Part shown: piece by piece, positions 39,285-53,340 of the stretch
Position numbering within the stretch: position 1 is the first letter of the stretch
Layout: each line of letters opens with the position of its first letter
Source of the DNA: the human T2T-CHM13v2.0 reference genome, Homo sapiens
NCBI RefSeq assembly: GCF_009914755.1
Contig: NC_060928.1
Direction: 5' to 3' (one strand)
DNA length: 64,000 nucleotides
The notes under the pieces: model-generated
Told to the model about the DNA's origin: nothing
The model's input: the letters and a program-made list of their open reading frames with translations, nothing else
Databases searched by the model: none
Program-made: the position numbers and the translations under genes

Positions 39285-42200
39285 TAAAGACAAACAATTC
39301 CGCAGCTCAGAGAAAGACATCATTGAGTTCAATTTCTAGTGGCTTTCCCCCAACATTTGCCACTTGATCACTTCTCCTTGGCAAGAGGACACTGCACTGT
39401 GAGGAATAAATAGCTAAACACTTACATACATTTAAAACACATTTAACCTTTTTCCACAAGACCCAGAGCAGCTAGCGAATAGTACCTTAAAATCATGACC
39501 TCCACTTGCTGTCTATCTCCCTCGTTTCTTTTTGTCATTTTCTGGCTGAAAACAAAGTTAATCTTGTTTTCTATTTCAATTTCTCTTTTACTTGCCTCAG
39601 GCCAGAATATAGAAAGTGAGACTTTGTTTGACAATATCAATAACAGAAAAATTAAATATTGCCTCCACAAATGATATTTAACCTATTTTAAGAGCCAGTG
39701 TATCTGTAAAGATGTTAAAGACAATAAAAAGCAGCTATTTCCTTATAATATTCTAACATTTCAGCATTTCCTAATTGTAAACTTTCTATTTTAATCTTCT
39801 AACCAAATGACCTTCAGTAAACGACCTGAAATGGATTAACTTACTTCAACTAGCCTAGCACCCTCTTTCATTATCTATTTGACTAACAGCTTTAGAAAGT
39901 CAAATGCAGGCAAATTTTAATGCTCTGACACATTTTTAAAAGCAGTTTTGTTCTATTCTCAAATGACATAGAGGTCACTTCTAATGATTACATTTCCCCC
40001 AGCTAATTTCAAGGCTAAAATCTTGCCATAGCCATCTTTCTTAGATTTCTATTCAACAACACTAAGCATTTGGAAAGAGTACTAGAAAAGGATCAGGATT
40101 TTAACTTATAAATATAGACAAATTAATCCATCTCTGTGGCTTCTATTTCGTTAGCTTCACAATAAAAGGGTTGTGAATTTTGATGGTTCCTCCCCTCCTA
40201 ACTCTAACATCACAGGCTTTGACAATTTATTTTCTCAAGGTCAAATTAATTGTGGTTTTAATTATGACAATGAGTCCAATACACTAAGCCAAGTCAATGT
40301 GTGAATAGAAGAAGGTAACCAAGTAGAGAACTCTTTGTACACACGGGTAATATGATAATTGAAACCATTTTGAAATGTAGAGACATTACTATAATAAATC
40401 CTTTGCTATCTATCTCTTAGAGAACGGCCATGACCATAGACTATCAGGGAGGAAGAAGAAATAGCATCATGAAAAGCCAATAGAAGAGATTCTTCGGAAG
40501 AGGTGGGACTTGGGATACCAAGAAAAGCATTGTGCAAGGGGCAGTCTCCCAGGACCTAGAAATGACTTTGCTCATAAAATCATACATTCTATTCTTTAAT
40601 ATCTCATTTTGTGTTATATGGCTATGTATTATAAGCTCTAGTTTTTACATATTTTGGCCTATTTTAATGCTATGCCATGAACTTGATATCATGAACTATT
40701 TTTCATATAGTATTGTACAGCTTGATATATAAAACAGTGGCCTTTGTATTTGATCACTGCATTCTCAATAATATGTATCAGTACGGGTTATTGTTTAAGC
40801 TTTTGTCACAGCAAGATGTATTTCTTCCACTTCTATAATTTTAAGAGAAAGCATATAAGAAAGGGAAAGAAAGATAATATGGTACAGTACTAAATAGCCA
40901 GGAAAACCATGTGATTTAAAAAACTATGAGCCTGTCTCCTTAGAAAAACAATTATAAAAATATTGTATGTTCTTGAAAAACAACCTCCAGCATTGGAGAT
41001 TAGAAATGCTTCAACTCTGAGACTGAGATAATTGTCATTTCCCATGGCCGGGTGTTTCAAGTAAGAGTGTCTTTTCCCTCGTGAGAATGGGTTTTCTCAA
41101 AGCCAACAGTCAAGCAGTACAGAAGAAAAGAAACAGCTTCCCCATGTCCACAAATCCTGATCTGATAGTCCCTATGGGTGACAAATGAACTAATGACATG
41201 ATGTTTAATACCAATAAAAAGCATACCATTAAATAAGTATCTACTATGAGCAAAGCATTGTCAGACACAGCCATAAATTATATCTAATTCTCACAACGAT
41301 CTTAAGGTAAGCATTAGAATACCCACTTAGGTGGGAAAAGGAATGAATTAATGCAGACTTTTGAAAGTCATGACAAGGATCGCTCCCTCTCTTTCTTTAT
41401 GTATGCAGCATATTAGAAATATATAAATGCAATCCTAACTAAATTATGGGGAATGTCTAATACTGAAATGTAGCAGACCCATCAGAAAAGATTCCTCTCA
41501 TATAATTGCATCTATGGATACTTATGGGCAATCCCATATGTCTATGCTCTTGAGAAAAATAATGAATCACATAATAAAAGACTAATATAAACCTTCTGGA
41601 CCACAGAGGCTACAGACCATTTTATATCTTCTGTGGGCATATATAATAAAAGTAGTAAATAGGATTAGGGATTCATCATTATACCACATTAATGGCACCC
41701 TTAACAAGCATTTTTAAAATCTATATTTTTCCTGGTACACTCCTTATATCACAAGACACTCTACTTAAGGTGATCCCTTAAGTAGAATTCAATTCTATAG
41801 GTTGGATATGATCCTAGATCTTCAGATGTAATAACTAAGTTTCCATTTTGAAGGGGTGCCAGTTTGGACTCATTTCCTCCATTTACCCATTCAAACTTTT
41901 TAACATTTTCTGAGACAACTGAGGAAACTTTGGTCCTGCCTAATCTCCTAACCATCATGGGATCTGGAAAATGGCCATAGCATCCCTTTCTCTTGATTCA
42001 TGTTCTTGACACTTTTTCTAAAGTGTCCCTAAGACAGATATTCTGTTTACATTTCCACCCTTCAGCCATGCTCCCATAGTCATGTACTCTCCTTGTCAAA
42101 CTAGGTACTCGTGTGTCATCGACAAGAATCATAGAACATACTAGAGTTGAAGGGAGACTCAGAATTTGCTACTCCACCATTTCTTTTTTGCAGCCGATAA

Positions 42201-43639
42201 CCCAGAGGCTCAGAGAGGACAAAAGATGTAGCTAAGGACATAAAATCAAATATTTACAAAACAAGAGCTAAAACTGTAGCCACCTGACTCCAAGTGCAGA
42301 GCTACCTTCACAACACCAGTGTGATGCTCACTGTGCCTGGAAGTGCCAGTTGTCCCCAGGCTGACTCATATCCTGCACTGGCATTGCTATTTTACTCTCT
42401 TCCTTATACCTGCCCTTCACTTAGAATACGAAATGAGTAAAATCAGATCTTTAATACACCTTATTTAAAATATTTAGAAACTCTGACCTAAGATTTCTAT
42501 TTGACCTTACCACACTTATAAGAAAAAGGAAAATCTAACTAAGGACTTCCTTTACCTTAAAAGTACGTGACACCTTCTTCCCTCCCCACCCCAATAAAAT
42601 AGGCCTGTGGTGTAAGGCATGCTTCCCTACATTTGTTCTCATATATTCAGTAATCTAAAAAGATAACTATAATATTTTAGAACTAGAAACATATTTAGGC
42701 ATTAGTGTGTCATTTTTTCAACCTGAATATCCCCTAAATTGTGGCTAAACAATAATCCTTTTTATCTCTATTTTGAGAATTCCAATGCCTAACCAAATTC
42801 TCATTTCAATGCTTTTGAAATATAAATTTAATTTTAAAATGAACTATATTCTTATTTAATTAAATCCCATTTGTTCTTCCATTGTCAGGGAAAATAAATG
42901 ATAGTATCTTTTTCATTAAAAAAAGATAGCTCTATATTTTTGCATAGTACGTAAACACTATGCTGATGCATCCTTTTCCTCTAAGCAGTTTAATCCATAT
43001 CTTTGGACTTGGACAGTGTGGAGATTATGGTGCTGTTTGCCATAATTTCTGCCACATGATTTATCATATTGTCTGACTTTAGCAATGATGCAGGTGTATG
43101 AGGCAATTAACAGAGTTACTTGCTTTTATTAAAAAGCAAAATAAACATGCAAAATAAAACTAAAACATATCTTCATGGACTATAAATTTTTAAAAACTGC
43201 ATATGTGTCACAAGAGGAAAATCCACTAAAATTGTCATAAAGTTAATTGTCTCCAAGCACTGCTTCCCATAGATTCAAAACTTGCAACAGTTTTCCCACC
43301 CTCCATCCCACCATTGGCTACTGGATAAGATGCAAAATTCTTATAGTAGAGTCTAAGAGTTGCTGTATCCCCTTATCCACATCCTACTACTATCTTGATT
43401 TTGACTCCTCTTCACAATCCTTTCCTTTAGTCAAAACAGTCTACATACTATTCCCTAAAACCAAGAATTCTTCTATGGCTGTATGTATGCTCACCCGCTG
43501 CCCGAGACATCTTCACTTCTCTGTTCTACTCTTCTAGGTTCTACTCTTCCTCCAACTTTCTTTTCCATAGCAAAATTACTTCCTTAGCCATTCACCTTGT
43601 ACCCTCATGGATCAGCTTTGTTTTCCCAAAAACCAGCTG

Positions 43640-43830
43640 TCGCGTTAGAAAGAGTATGAGCTCTAGAACCAGGCAAACATGGATTGCAATTCTGGTCTTC
43701 TCATTGGCTAACTACTTGGGCATGAGAAATTACTTCACTACTCTGAACTTCAGCTTTCTACAGCGCAGAATGAAGATAATATACATCATGTTATTAAAAG
43801 TAATCTGAGGTGCTACTTTTACGCTGCAAT
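43640..43830 (+). mobile_element. MIR
   Basis: AGAAAGAGTATGAGCTCTAGAACCAGGCAAACATGGATTGCAATTCTGG...CTTGGGCA...CTCTGAACTTCAGCTTTCT. Confidence 0.7.
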
Positions 43831-44529
43831 CAATCTACTTGTCAGAAAGCAGATACTGTTTGTATTTTTAATAATGGGCTTATATTTTTAAATTAAGCAA
43901 AAATGCATAAAAATTATCTGGGAGTGGACTTGTATTTGTATTCTTCTGTTTTGTATCAACAGAATAGCTCCTTTTCTAGAAAAAGTAAAAATAAAATATT
44001 AAAATACATGATGCCAGCCACTCAGATCAAGATCTTGTTTGTCAGATTTCGTAAAGGAGTTTCTTGGTAAGATAGTAAACCTAAAAATAGGTGACTTCAG
44101 TAGAAACGCAAACAGTCCATCCATTATATCAGCACAACCAGCCAACAGTGACGATGACAATAGGGGTGTGAGCATACAAATATTTGGTTAAGAAGAAAAA
44201 AAAAAATCTGCCAGGAAGTCATTCTGATTACGATGTGTGAGCATATTGTCACCTGAGGGAGGTTAGTAGACTATAAAATAAATAGCGATTCCCATCATCT
44301 TCTGAACCTTTTAACTACTAATAATTGGGCACTTTGCTGATGATGCAGAACAACCTTTCAAGCTGATTAATAGGTCATGTATGTGAAAAGGCACTCCCTA
44401 TTCATAAAACAATTATGCTAATCCTCTAATTTTTTCAAAGATTATAAAATATTCTAATCTTTGAAGAATATAGGTTTTGGTTGCAGATGGTGTTTGTATA
44501 TTACTTGCAGAGCTCATTAACATTTTTGA

Positions 44530-44705
44530 ATTTCACATATTTTATCCTCACAACCCCATGAGAACTATAATATAGGGATTATCATCTTCCATTTAAAACT
44601 GGTAAACAAAGATTCGGAAGCAATTTAGAGGTCTCTCCAAGGTCAAACAGCTAGTTAAAAAGAGACAGGATTAGAATTTTGATTTCCTGAACCAGTGCTA
44701 TTTTC
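44530..44705 (-). mobile_element. MIR
   Basis: ATCCTCACAACCCCATGAG...ATTATCATCTTCCATTT...CCAAGGTCAAACAGCTAGTTA. Confidence 0.6.
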
Positions 44706-45685
44706 AAAGACTCAGCAAGTAGATGTTTCTATAGTTCATATAAGTAAAGAAAATATTTTTTTCACTGGAAAGTCTCAACTTCATTTGGTTCATTTTAGAT
44801 GTTTACATTGGTAATACAGTTTTAGCTTGTGTCTATCCAAATTCAAAAGTTGCTCATTTTCCTGAGTAGATCAATAATCTAAGTCAGTGTTTGAATGTGA
44901 CTAGAATAAAGTTATCAAAATGATTTCAGTGCATGGTGTGTGTAAATATAATAACCTGAATGCATCTTGTCTCTACCCTTAGTGAACTACATGTGACATT
45001 ATGCTATTTCAGTGAGAATCTTAAACAACATTGCATCTGCATGAATGCCCAGACAGCACCAGGCCTTGGACTAGATTTTAGTTGTCTAAGAAGTTTTTCA
45101 CCAAGTATGACACAGAATGTAAGCTTTATTTGTGAACCTCATTTTGGTCACAATCACCTAACTTTCAAATCCAGACATATAGAAAAGAACAAAGGTAGCT
45201 TACGTGCATAAATAAGAATATGAATGAGGGGTGCTATGTAAGTGTGGACTGAAAAGCTGGAGACAATATAATGGCTGACTTAATGCTTCTGATTATGGAA
45301 GGTATTTCTTTTCAGATAACAGGGTTCCAACTCTGGAATCTCTGGTGTACTTTATTTAACTCTCATTTTGGTTGTTATCTATTGCAGTCAAAATATTTGA
45401 CCCATCTTTTATGCCAGCTAACCAAAAATTTATCTAGGCTTGAAATAGTCATAGCAATTAGCAGGTTGCTAACCAGCATAAGGAAGTAAAAAAGGCTGAT
45501 AGCCCAGTTCAAGGAAGTTATATTAACAGTGAGTTTCTCAATTTATCATACATGAATTATTGCTGTGTAAAGGTATTATAGAGAAGATCTCTGCATCTGG
45601 TTAAAAAGGATTAGATGGTCTTCAAGGTCCCCTCTAATTTTGAAATTCTGTGATTCTATTATTCTACTCATCACACCACTTGTAT

Positions 45686-45745
45686 TCTCTCTCTCTCTGT
45701 CTCTCTCTCTCCCTCTCCCTCTCTCTCCCTCCCTCCCTCTCTCTC
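45686..45745. repeat. (CT)n/(CCCT)n polypyrimidine tract
   Basis: Directly visible. Confidence 0.9.
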
Positions 45746-46892
45746 AGCTAAAGGGAACAAAAAGATAGGATAAAATTAAACCAGCCACTGTTGTTGCTCC
45801 TAAAACAAGAGTTTATTGTTCTCAAAATATAAAACTCAATGAGATTTATATATATATATATATATATAGCCTCAAAAGATTTATATATATTGCCTCAAAA
45901 TATAAAACTCAATGAGATTAAAATTAGAACTTTCAAACAACTATTATGAAAGAAAGTAAAGCATCGCCCTTCAAATTTTGCCTCATAGTGGAATTGGAAT
46001 CCTTACAATTAAAAAAAGAAAGAAAGAAAAGCTAAATAGCTTCCACAAAGCACTTGAAGGATTAATATCTGTCTTCTTTGATTACCCCATGATAAAATAT
46101 TATAATATAATCCTATAATTTCTGCACCACTTATTTGACACTTCAGCCTTATATGAACAAACTATCTTTGGGCGAAATGTATTTTTTATGCATATGTGAT
46201 GCCGAGAAATGCAAGAATTTTGATCCCAAGGTACATCAACCACATGTTCTATTAGTGCGAAATTTTTAGAGTGAACAAAAGCAAGGAAGAGCAATTTGGT
46301 GACCTTGTTCTTTGAACACAGAATCATCTCTTCTCTGTGACATCTGGCCAAATACCGATCTTTTGTCTGCCTCAGTGGCTCAACTAGCACAATTCTATTT
46401 CTACTGTGAAACATATTTAAAAATGGATTCATCAAGCTTTATGTATATTTTCTAAAGAAAAGCAAAAAAAAAAAAAAAAAAAACCCCAGAGGGATTCTAA
46501 TTTAGGTATCAATTATTTCAACAATTGAAGAAAAGCAGTGTCACATTTTAAGATAATTCTAATGATGTCATATTGTCATTAGTAAAAAGATGCCTCATTT
46601 TGCCACAGGGAATATCTTTATAAACTTGTAAATAAATTAATACATATCTTAAAAACATATAACTTGAGTATTTGTAGTAGAAACTTTGGAAATATTCTTT
46701 AAAGTAATATTTAATGTTGTCTAAGAATGTAGATAACATTGACTTGTAATAAAAAGATTACAAAATACAATATTGCTGTAATCTGCACATATACAGTTAC
46801 AATATTATATGTTATTTTCTAGCGACTATTAAGTTAGAAAACTAAATGCATATAAAGAGGAATATTTGTCTCTCATGGAAAGATGCATTCTT

Positions 46893-47200
46893 GGCTAGGT
46901 GTGGTGGCTCACACCTGTAATCCCAGCACTTTGGGAGGCTGAGGCAGGTGGATCACTTGAGATCAGGAGTTCAAGAACAGCCTGATCAACATGGTGAAAC
47001 CCCATTTCTACTAAAAATACAAAAATTAGCTGGGCATAGTGGCACATGCTTGTAATTCCAGCTACTTGGGAGGCTGAGGCATGAGAATCACTTGAACCTG
47101 GGAGGTGGAGTTGCAGTGAGCCAAGATCACATCACTGCACTCCAGCCTGGGCAGCAGAGTAAGTGAGACTCCGTCTCAAAAAATAAAAGGAGAAAGAAAG
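46893..47200 (+). mobile_element. Alu (AluS-type), intron 6
   Basis: Alu consensus; degenerate TSD aagatgcattc / aagccgcattc. Confidence 0.95.
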
Positions 47201-48992
47201 CAAGCCGCATTCCCAAGTTGTCAAAATGCAAGATAAAAGGCTTCAATTAACCTTTATTCTTTAGTCATGTAACTTTGCTACAACACATTTGGGCAAGATA
47301 TTTTGCCTATTTTGTTTTCTTATGTTTTTTACTCAGGTAACGGTTATAAAACTGTCCTACAAGCAATAGGCCTTATAAAACAGTATTGTAAAGAATTACA
47401 CAGTCAATAAGGAATCAATACAGATACACTAAGAATTTAAGATGGCAGCATCTGAACTGAATGCAAATAACATGATTGTGGACCATTTGTAGACCAATCT
47501 GGTTGATCACACTGCCTTAAAGGTCTTTGGACATTTTTCCCAAACCAAGTTTCACTTCTTCGAGGTTTTCGTTGGTACAAGGTGTGATGACTTTGAGGCA
47601 TCAATTAATATAAATTGGAAGTAGGCAAAGTATTAATTAAACATGACACTCTGATTATTTAAACCTTCTATTAAAGTTGATTATTCAGAGCGTGTTGATA
47701 GCCTGTTTTTCAAAAATGACTGATGATATCAAGGTTTACTGACTTCCTCTAAGTCTACTATTTCCAGCTCTTCAAAACAGAAGGAATAAATGAAGTGAGA
47801 AGAACACTGGAATAAGGCTAATAGACAAAGTGGCTAATCTCAGACCCCCAAGGTCAAAGAAAAGCAATTCATTTCTTGGCTTTCATCAACACAAGATATG
47901 ATTTATCAATCTAAGAGCAGGATTACAAACATTATACATCTCAATGATATGTTCTTTGCACTGTGTAACTTTTTGAACAATGACAGATTGCATAGTCACC
48001 ACAAAGTCATGTCATAAGGCAAAATTCATTACACTTGCACAAGCACTAGGATTTTTTAAAACAAATGTACACAGTAGCAATTATTACTACTATATATATG
48101 CCATTTTTGGGGGGAAAGCCTTTTAAAATTCAGTTATTCCTTGGGATTCTATCATCTTCATGGTCCAAACTTTGGACATTCATGTCCCTCAAAATACAAT
48201 CCTTACTCCAATATATTAATTTGTGGAGTCAGCCATAATGTTATAGATAATTGGTAAAGGCAATACTCTTATGTTATTATAAAAGTTCAATAGCAATTGT
48301 TGTATTTGAAAGATTGCTACTTCCATAAATTCAAAGCTATTCTTGGAGAAGAAAACATTGTAAGAAAGATCATGGCAAAATTTCTTAACATTATAAATGT
48401 AATCACACAAACAGAAATTTTGCCCACCTTTGTCTCTCATTCGATACAACACCTAAGGAACTGTCCTATACCACCTACTTATAATAGCAGCTCAAAAGTT
48501 ATTTCTTGGAGTAATGGTAGATAATTTGAAAGATGTCTCAAAATGAAATTACACCTAAAGTGTAGTCAATTGAGATCATGGAAACTTACTCTGAATTCTA
48601 TATATTTTAATACACATTGGTATTTTCACTAATCTAAATTAATTATCATCTTTCTATTAGGTCACAAATTTAGGAAAATTTTATTGTCTAGGTGGAGGAA
48701 GACCATAAAAGGTGTTGTATTTTCAGCAGATGATTCATTTCACCAGCTGCCAGAAAGTTGCATGTTGCCGCACACCTGGACACATGTATCCATGACTGAT
48801 TGGGAAACACATTTATCTTGGCACATCACAAAGAAGATGGAATCATAATTATTCTCCCTTGTAACTAAAGGTATTTTGAAGCTGTATCTACCTAAAAAAT
48901 AATGCAAATTACACATCTGGGCTAAGTCCACATAATTTTACCATCTGTGTTTGATATTCACCCATCAATATTTCTGGAAGCATTTTCTGTGT

Positions 48993-50897
48993 TTAAAACA
49001 ACTTCAGTAAAGTTTCAAGATACAAAAACCAATGTACAAAAATCAGTAGCATATCTATACACTGATAACATTCAAGCTGAGGGCCAAATCAAGAATGCAA
49101 TCCCATTTACAACAGCCACACAAATGACAACAAAAAATACCTAGAAATACATCTAACCAAGGAAGTGAAAGATCTCTGCAAGGAGAGCTATAAAACATTG
49201 TTGAAAGAAAACATAGATAACACAAACAAATGAAAAAATATTTCATGCTTATGGATTAAAAGACTCAATCTCATTAAAATGGCAGTACTGCCCAAAGCAA
49301 TATACAGGTTCAATGCTATTCCTATCAAACTACCAACACCATTGTTCACATAATTAGATAAAACTATTCTAAAATGCATATGAAACCAAAAAAGAGCCTA
49401 AATAGGCAAAGCAACCCCAAACAAAAAGAACAAACCCAGAGGCATCACATTACTTGACCTCAAACCATACTATAGGGTTACAGTAACCCAAACAGAATGA
49501 TACAGGTACAAAAGCAGACAAATAAACTAATGGAACAGGTTAAAGAACCCAGAAATAAAGTCACACACCTACAACCATATGATCTCCAACAAAGTCAACA
49601 ACAATAAGCAACAGGGAAAGGATTCCCTATTCAATAAATGGTATACCTGGATAACCAGCCAGCCTTATGCAGAAGGATGAAACTGGACCCCTATCTTTGA
49701 TCACATACAAAACTTAACAAGATGAATTAAATATTTCAATGTAAAACCTCAAACTCTAAAAACCCAAGAAGAAAACCTAGGAAGTACCACTACAGACATT
49801 GGCCTTGGGAGAGAATTTATGACTAAGTTCTCAGAAGCAATTGCAACAAAAACAAAAATTGACAAGTGGGACCTCATTAAACTAAAGAGCTTCTGCACAG
49901 GAAAAGAAACTATCAACAGAGTAAACAGACAACCTACAGAATTAAAGACATTACTCACAAACTATGTATCTGACAAAAGTTTAATATCCAAAATCTATAA
50001 AGAACTTAAACAATTCAACAAGCAAAAACCAAATAATCCTATTAAAAAGTGGATGAAAGACATGAAGAGACACTTCTCAAAAGAAGACATACAAATGGCC
50101 AGCAAACATATGAAAAAATGTTCAACATCACTAATCATCAGAAAAATGCAAATCAAAACTACAATGAGATAGCATCTCGCATCAGTCAGAAGGGCTATTA
50201 TTAGAAAGTCAAAAAATAACAGATGTTGGCAAGGCTGTGGAGAAAAGGGAATGCTTATACACTGTTGGTGGGAATGTAAATTAGTTCAGCCTCTGTGGAA
50301 AGAAGTTGCGAGATTTCTCAAAGAACTTATAGCAGAACTACTATTTGACTCAGCAATTCCATTATTGGTTATATATCCAGAGGAAAATAAGTAATTCTAT
50401 GAAAAAGACACATGCACTCATAAGTTTATTGCAGCACTATTCACAATAGCAAAGACATGGAATCAACTTTAGTTCCCATCAAAAGTGGGTTGGATAAAGA
50501 AAATGTGGTACATATACATGTACTATGCAGCCATAAAAAAGAATGATATCATGTCCTTTACAGCAACATGGATGCAGCTGGTGGCCATTATCCTATGCAA
50601 ATTAACAGAGAAACAGAAAACCAAATACTGCATGTTCTCACTTATAATTGGGAGGTAAACATTGGGTACTCATGAACACATAGACGGGAACAATAAATAC
50701 TGGGGACTACTAGAGTAAGGACGGCAAGAGTGGGGCAAAAGCTGAAAAACTACCTACTGGGTACTATGCCCCATACCCAACAGTAACAGGATAATTCATA
50801 CCCCAAACCTCAGCATCATGCAATATATCCATATAACAAATAAAAAAACTTTTATTTTAAATTCAGGGGCCACACATGTACCCCCTGAATCTAAAAT
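48993..50897 (+). mobile_element. Truncated L1 (old L1PA/L1PB-type): degenerate ORF2 C-terminal region plus 3' UTR
   Basis: ORF 49819..50172 ([29 protein letters not shown]...[21 protein letters not shown]) is L1 ORF2p; 3' end ACATGTACCCCCTGAATCTAAAAT. Confidence 0.95.
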
Positions 50898-50898
50898 T

Positions 50899-51625
50899 CA
50901 CTGTTAGTGGGAATGTAAATTAGTACAGACAATATGGAGAACAATATGGAGGCTCTCAAACCACTAAAAATAGAACTTCCATATGATCCAGCAATCCTAC
51001 TGCTGGGTATATATCCAGAAGAAAGGAAATCGGTATACTGAAGAGATACCTGCATTCTCATGTTTATTGCAGCACTATTCAAAATAGCCAAAATATGGAA
51101 TCAATCTAAGAGTCCATCCATGGATAAGTGGGTACAGAAAATATATATAAACACACACTAGAATACTATTCATTCAATAAAAGAATGAAATCCTCAGTTA
51201 TTTGAAGCAACATAGATTAACCTGAAGGACATTATATTAAGTGAAGTAAGCCATGCACAGAAAGACAAATATTGTATGTTTTCACTCACGTGTGAGCTAA
51301 AAAAAAGTTGACCCTATGGAGGTAGAGTAAAATGATGGTTACCTAGGTTATAAAGTATAAGGAGAAAGTAATGAAGATAAGTTGGTTATTGAAAACAAAA
51401 ATGCAGTTAGATAAAACATGTTCTAGTGTTCAGTGGCATAGTAAAGTAACCGTAGTTATCAAAAACATAGTATATTTTAAATTAGCTAAAAGAGAAATTT
51501 GCAATATTCTCAACACAAAAAAAGATACATGTTTGAGGTGATGAGTACCCAATTATCCTGATTTAATCATTACACATCGTATGCATGCATCGAGATAGCA
51601 TAGATATCCCATAAAGATATTTTAT
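50899..51625 (+). mobile_element. Second, older L1 3' fragment (L1MA-like)
   Basis: CACTGTTAGTGGGAATGTAAATTAGTACA...CCATATGATCCAGCAATCCTACTGCTGGGTATATATCC, with an L1MA-like 3' UTR. Confidence 0.85.
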
Positions 51626-53002
51626 GGATCAAGAATGCATAATAGAGATCAAAAATGCATATGAGGTTTGACACTAAAAGTTTAGAAAGTAAGCTTCAAA
51701 ATGGTGTAATTTTTCACATTTCTTTCAAAAGCTCTGAAGAAAAATAATTGCTTGGAATATTGAATTCTAGAAAACACTATTCTGTGAATAACATTTACCT
51801 TGCTCTAATAAAGTATATAACAGTAATAGTAGTAATGACAACCAAACAATTATGTAGAAATTAAAAAGTGACAGTCACTAATCTAAAGCACTTTATGCAT
51901 ATTAATTCATCAACACAACCCAGTGAAGTATGTGTTATTATTATTTCCATTTTTGAGATAAGGGAATTTCTTTGCAACAGAAAAAAAAAAAACACTGAAT
52001 CAATACATCACCATCACTGTTCCTTAGTATCTGTGTGCACTAAATCATGGACATTATCAGTAGTGTGCAACTAAGGCCCTTTAATTTAAGAAGAGAAGGA
52101 GACAATCCTTAATTGGAACACAGTTTAGTAGAATACATCAGAAATTTGGGTTGAGGTAATAACGGCATAACTAGCTTCAAGATATGCTTAATATACACAA
52201 TAGTATTACTATATATGTGTCAAACAAAAATCACACTTAAACTGTTAAATAATATTAAAGATAATATGAATTATATCTACACCACTGATGAATCATATAA
52301 TAAATGTTATGTTATAGGTCTTGTCTGCAACCCTACAATTTGCCATTTGCTTATAAAAATATTCTCATGTTAAATTCTAGTAATTGATGTCTTTAAAATG
52401 TCTTTAGACTTAACATACATAGTTACGAACCATAGTAATTTATTTCCCGTAATAGAAATTCAATACATATTTTATATTATATCCAGTACTAACTGTCTTT
52501 TCTCTATGCTGGTGCTTACATACAAGTTATTCTCAAAAACTAAAAAGGCAGGCCAACCTATTTATCTCTGTAATCAATGGGTTTACAGTCGTAAGGTAGC
52601 TTGTCATTTCCAAGTAACGCTTAGAAAGAACTAGCTCTTGGTAAATATGTGTTCTCGACCTACAATTCCAGTTATAGATATGACAATATTGGCATAAATT
52701 GGTCATATTTCTTAATAAAATGGCCTTTCACATGTTTAAATTACATATTGATTTGCATAGCAGTTGAATCAGATACCAATTGCTGGCTTATGTGTTCTAA
52801 ACTCCGACATTCCTGGTACTTGGCCAGATCTCATCAGTTTACCATTTCCCAAGATACCAGGTGCCAGAATTTCCTAGTCTATCTTAGTGTGAATTGTCAA
52901 CCCTTAGGTATATTCTTTGATGTCCAGGCTATTTCATACTGATGCACCTTTGTACTTGTTCTTTTTCCTAGAAATCAGTGTGTGTTTGTTTGTGTTTGTG
53001 TT

Positions 53003-53006
<4 letters not shown>

Positions 53007-53041
<35 letters not shown>
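53007..53041. repeat. (CT)n microsatellite
   Basis: Directly visible. Confidence 0.95.
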
Positions 53042-53044
<3 letters not shown>

Positions 53045-53059
53045 CCATACCCCTCTTCT

Positions 53060-53340
53060 CTCTCATTTATATTTACCTAAGGAACACCTACTCATCATTT
53101 GAGACACTATTATAAACAACATCTCCCTAGATACACAAGTATTTCCTTCTTTCCTTTTTGCCAAACTGGATAAATAATCTATTTTGGTACCAATCACACT
53201 GTTACATCTATTTGTTTACACATTTGACTCATTGACTAGTCAATAAAATACTTCAAGACAAGTCTTATGCATCATGAAAGCTGTTCCCAGCACAATGATT
53301 GGAACATAGCAGATGTTCAATAAAGTAAAATGAATTAAAT
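53060..53340 (+). mobile_element. L2 3' end fragment
   Basis: CCTACTCATCATTTGAGAC...CCCAGCACAATGATTGGAACATAGCAGATGTTCAATAAA. Confidence 0.6.

Noticed and set aside
48947-51091. ORFs with reverse-transcriptase-element similarity
   Set aside because: Fragments of degenerate L1 ORF2 with stops and frameshifts; not an active or novel element
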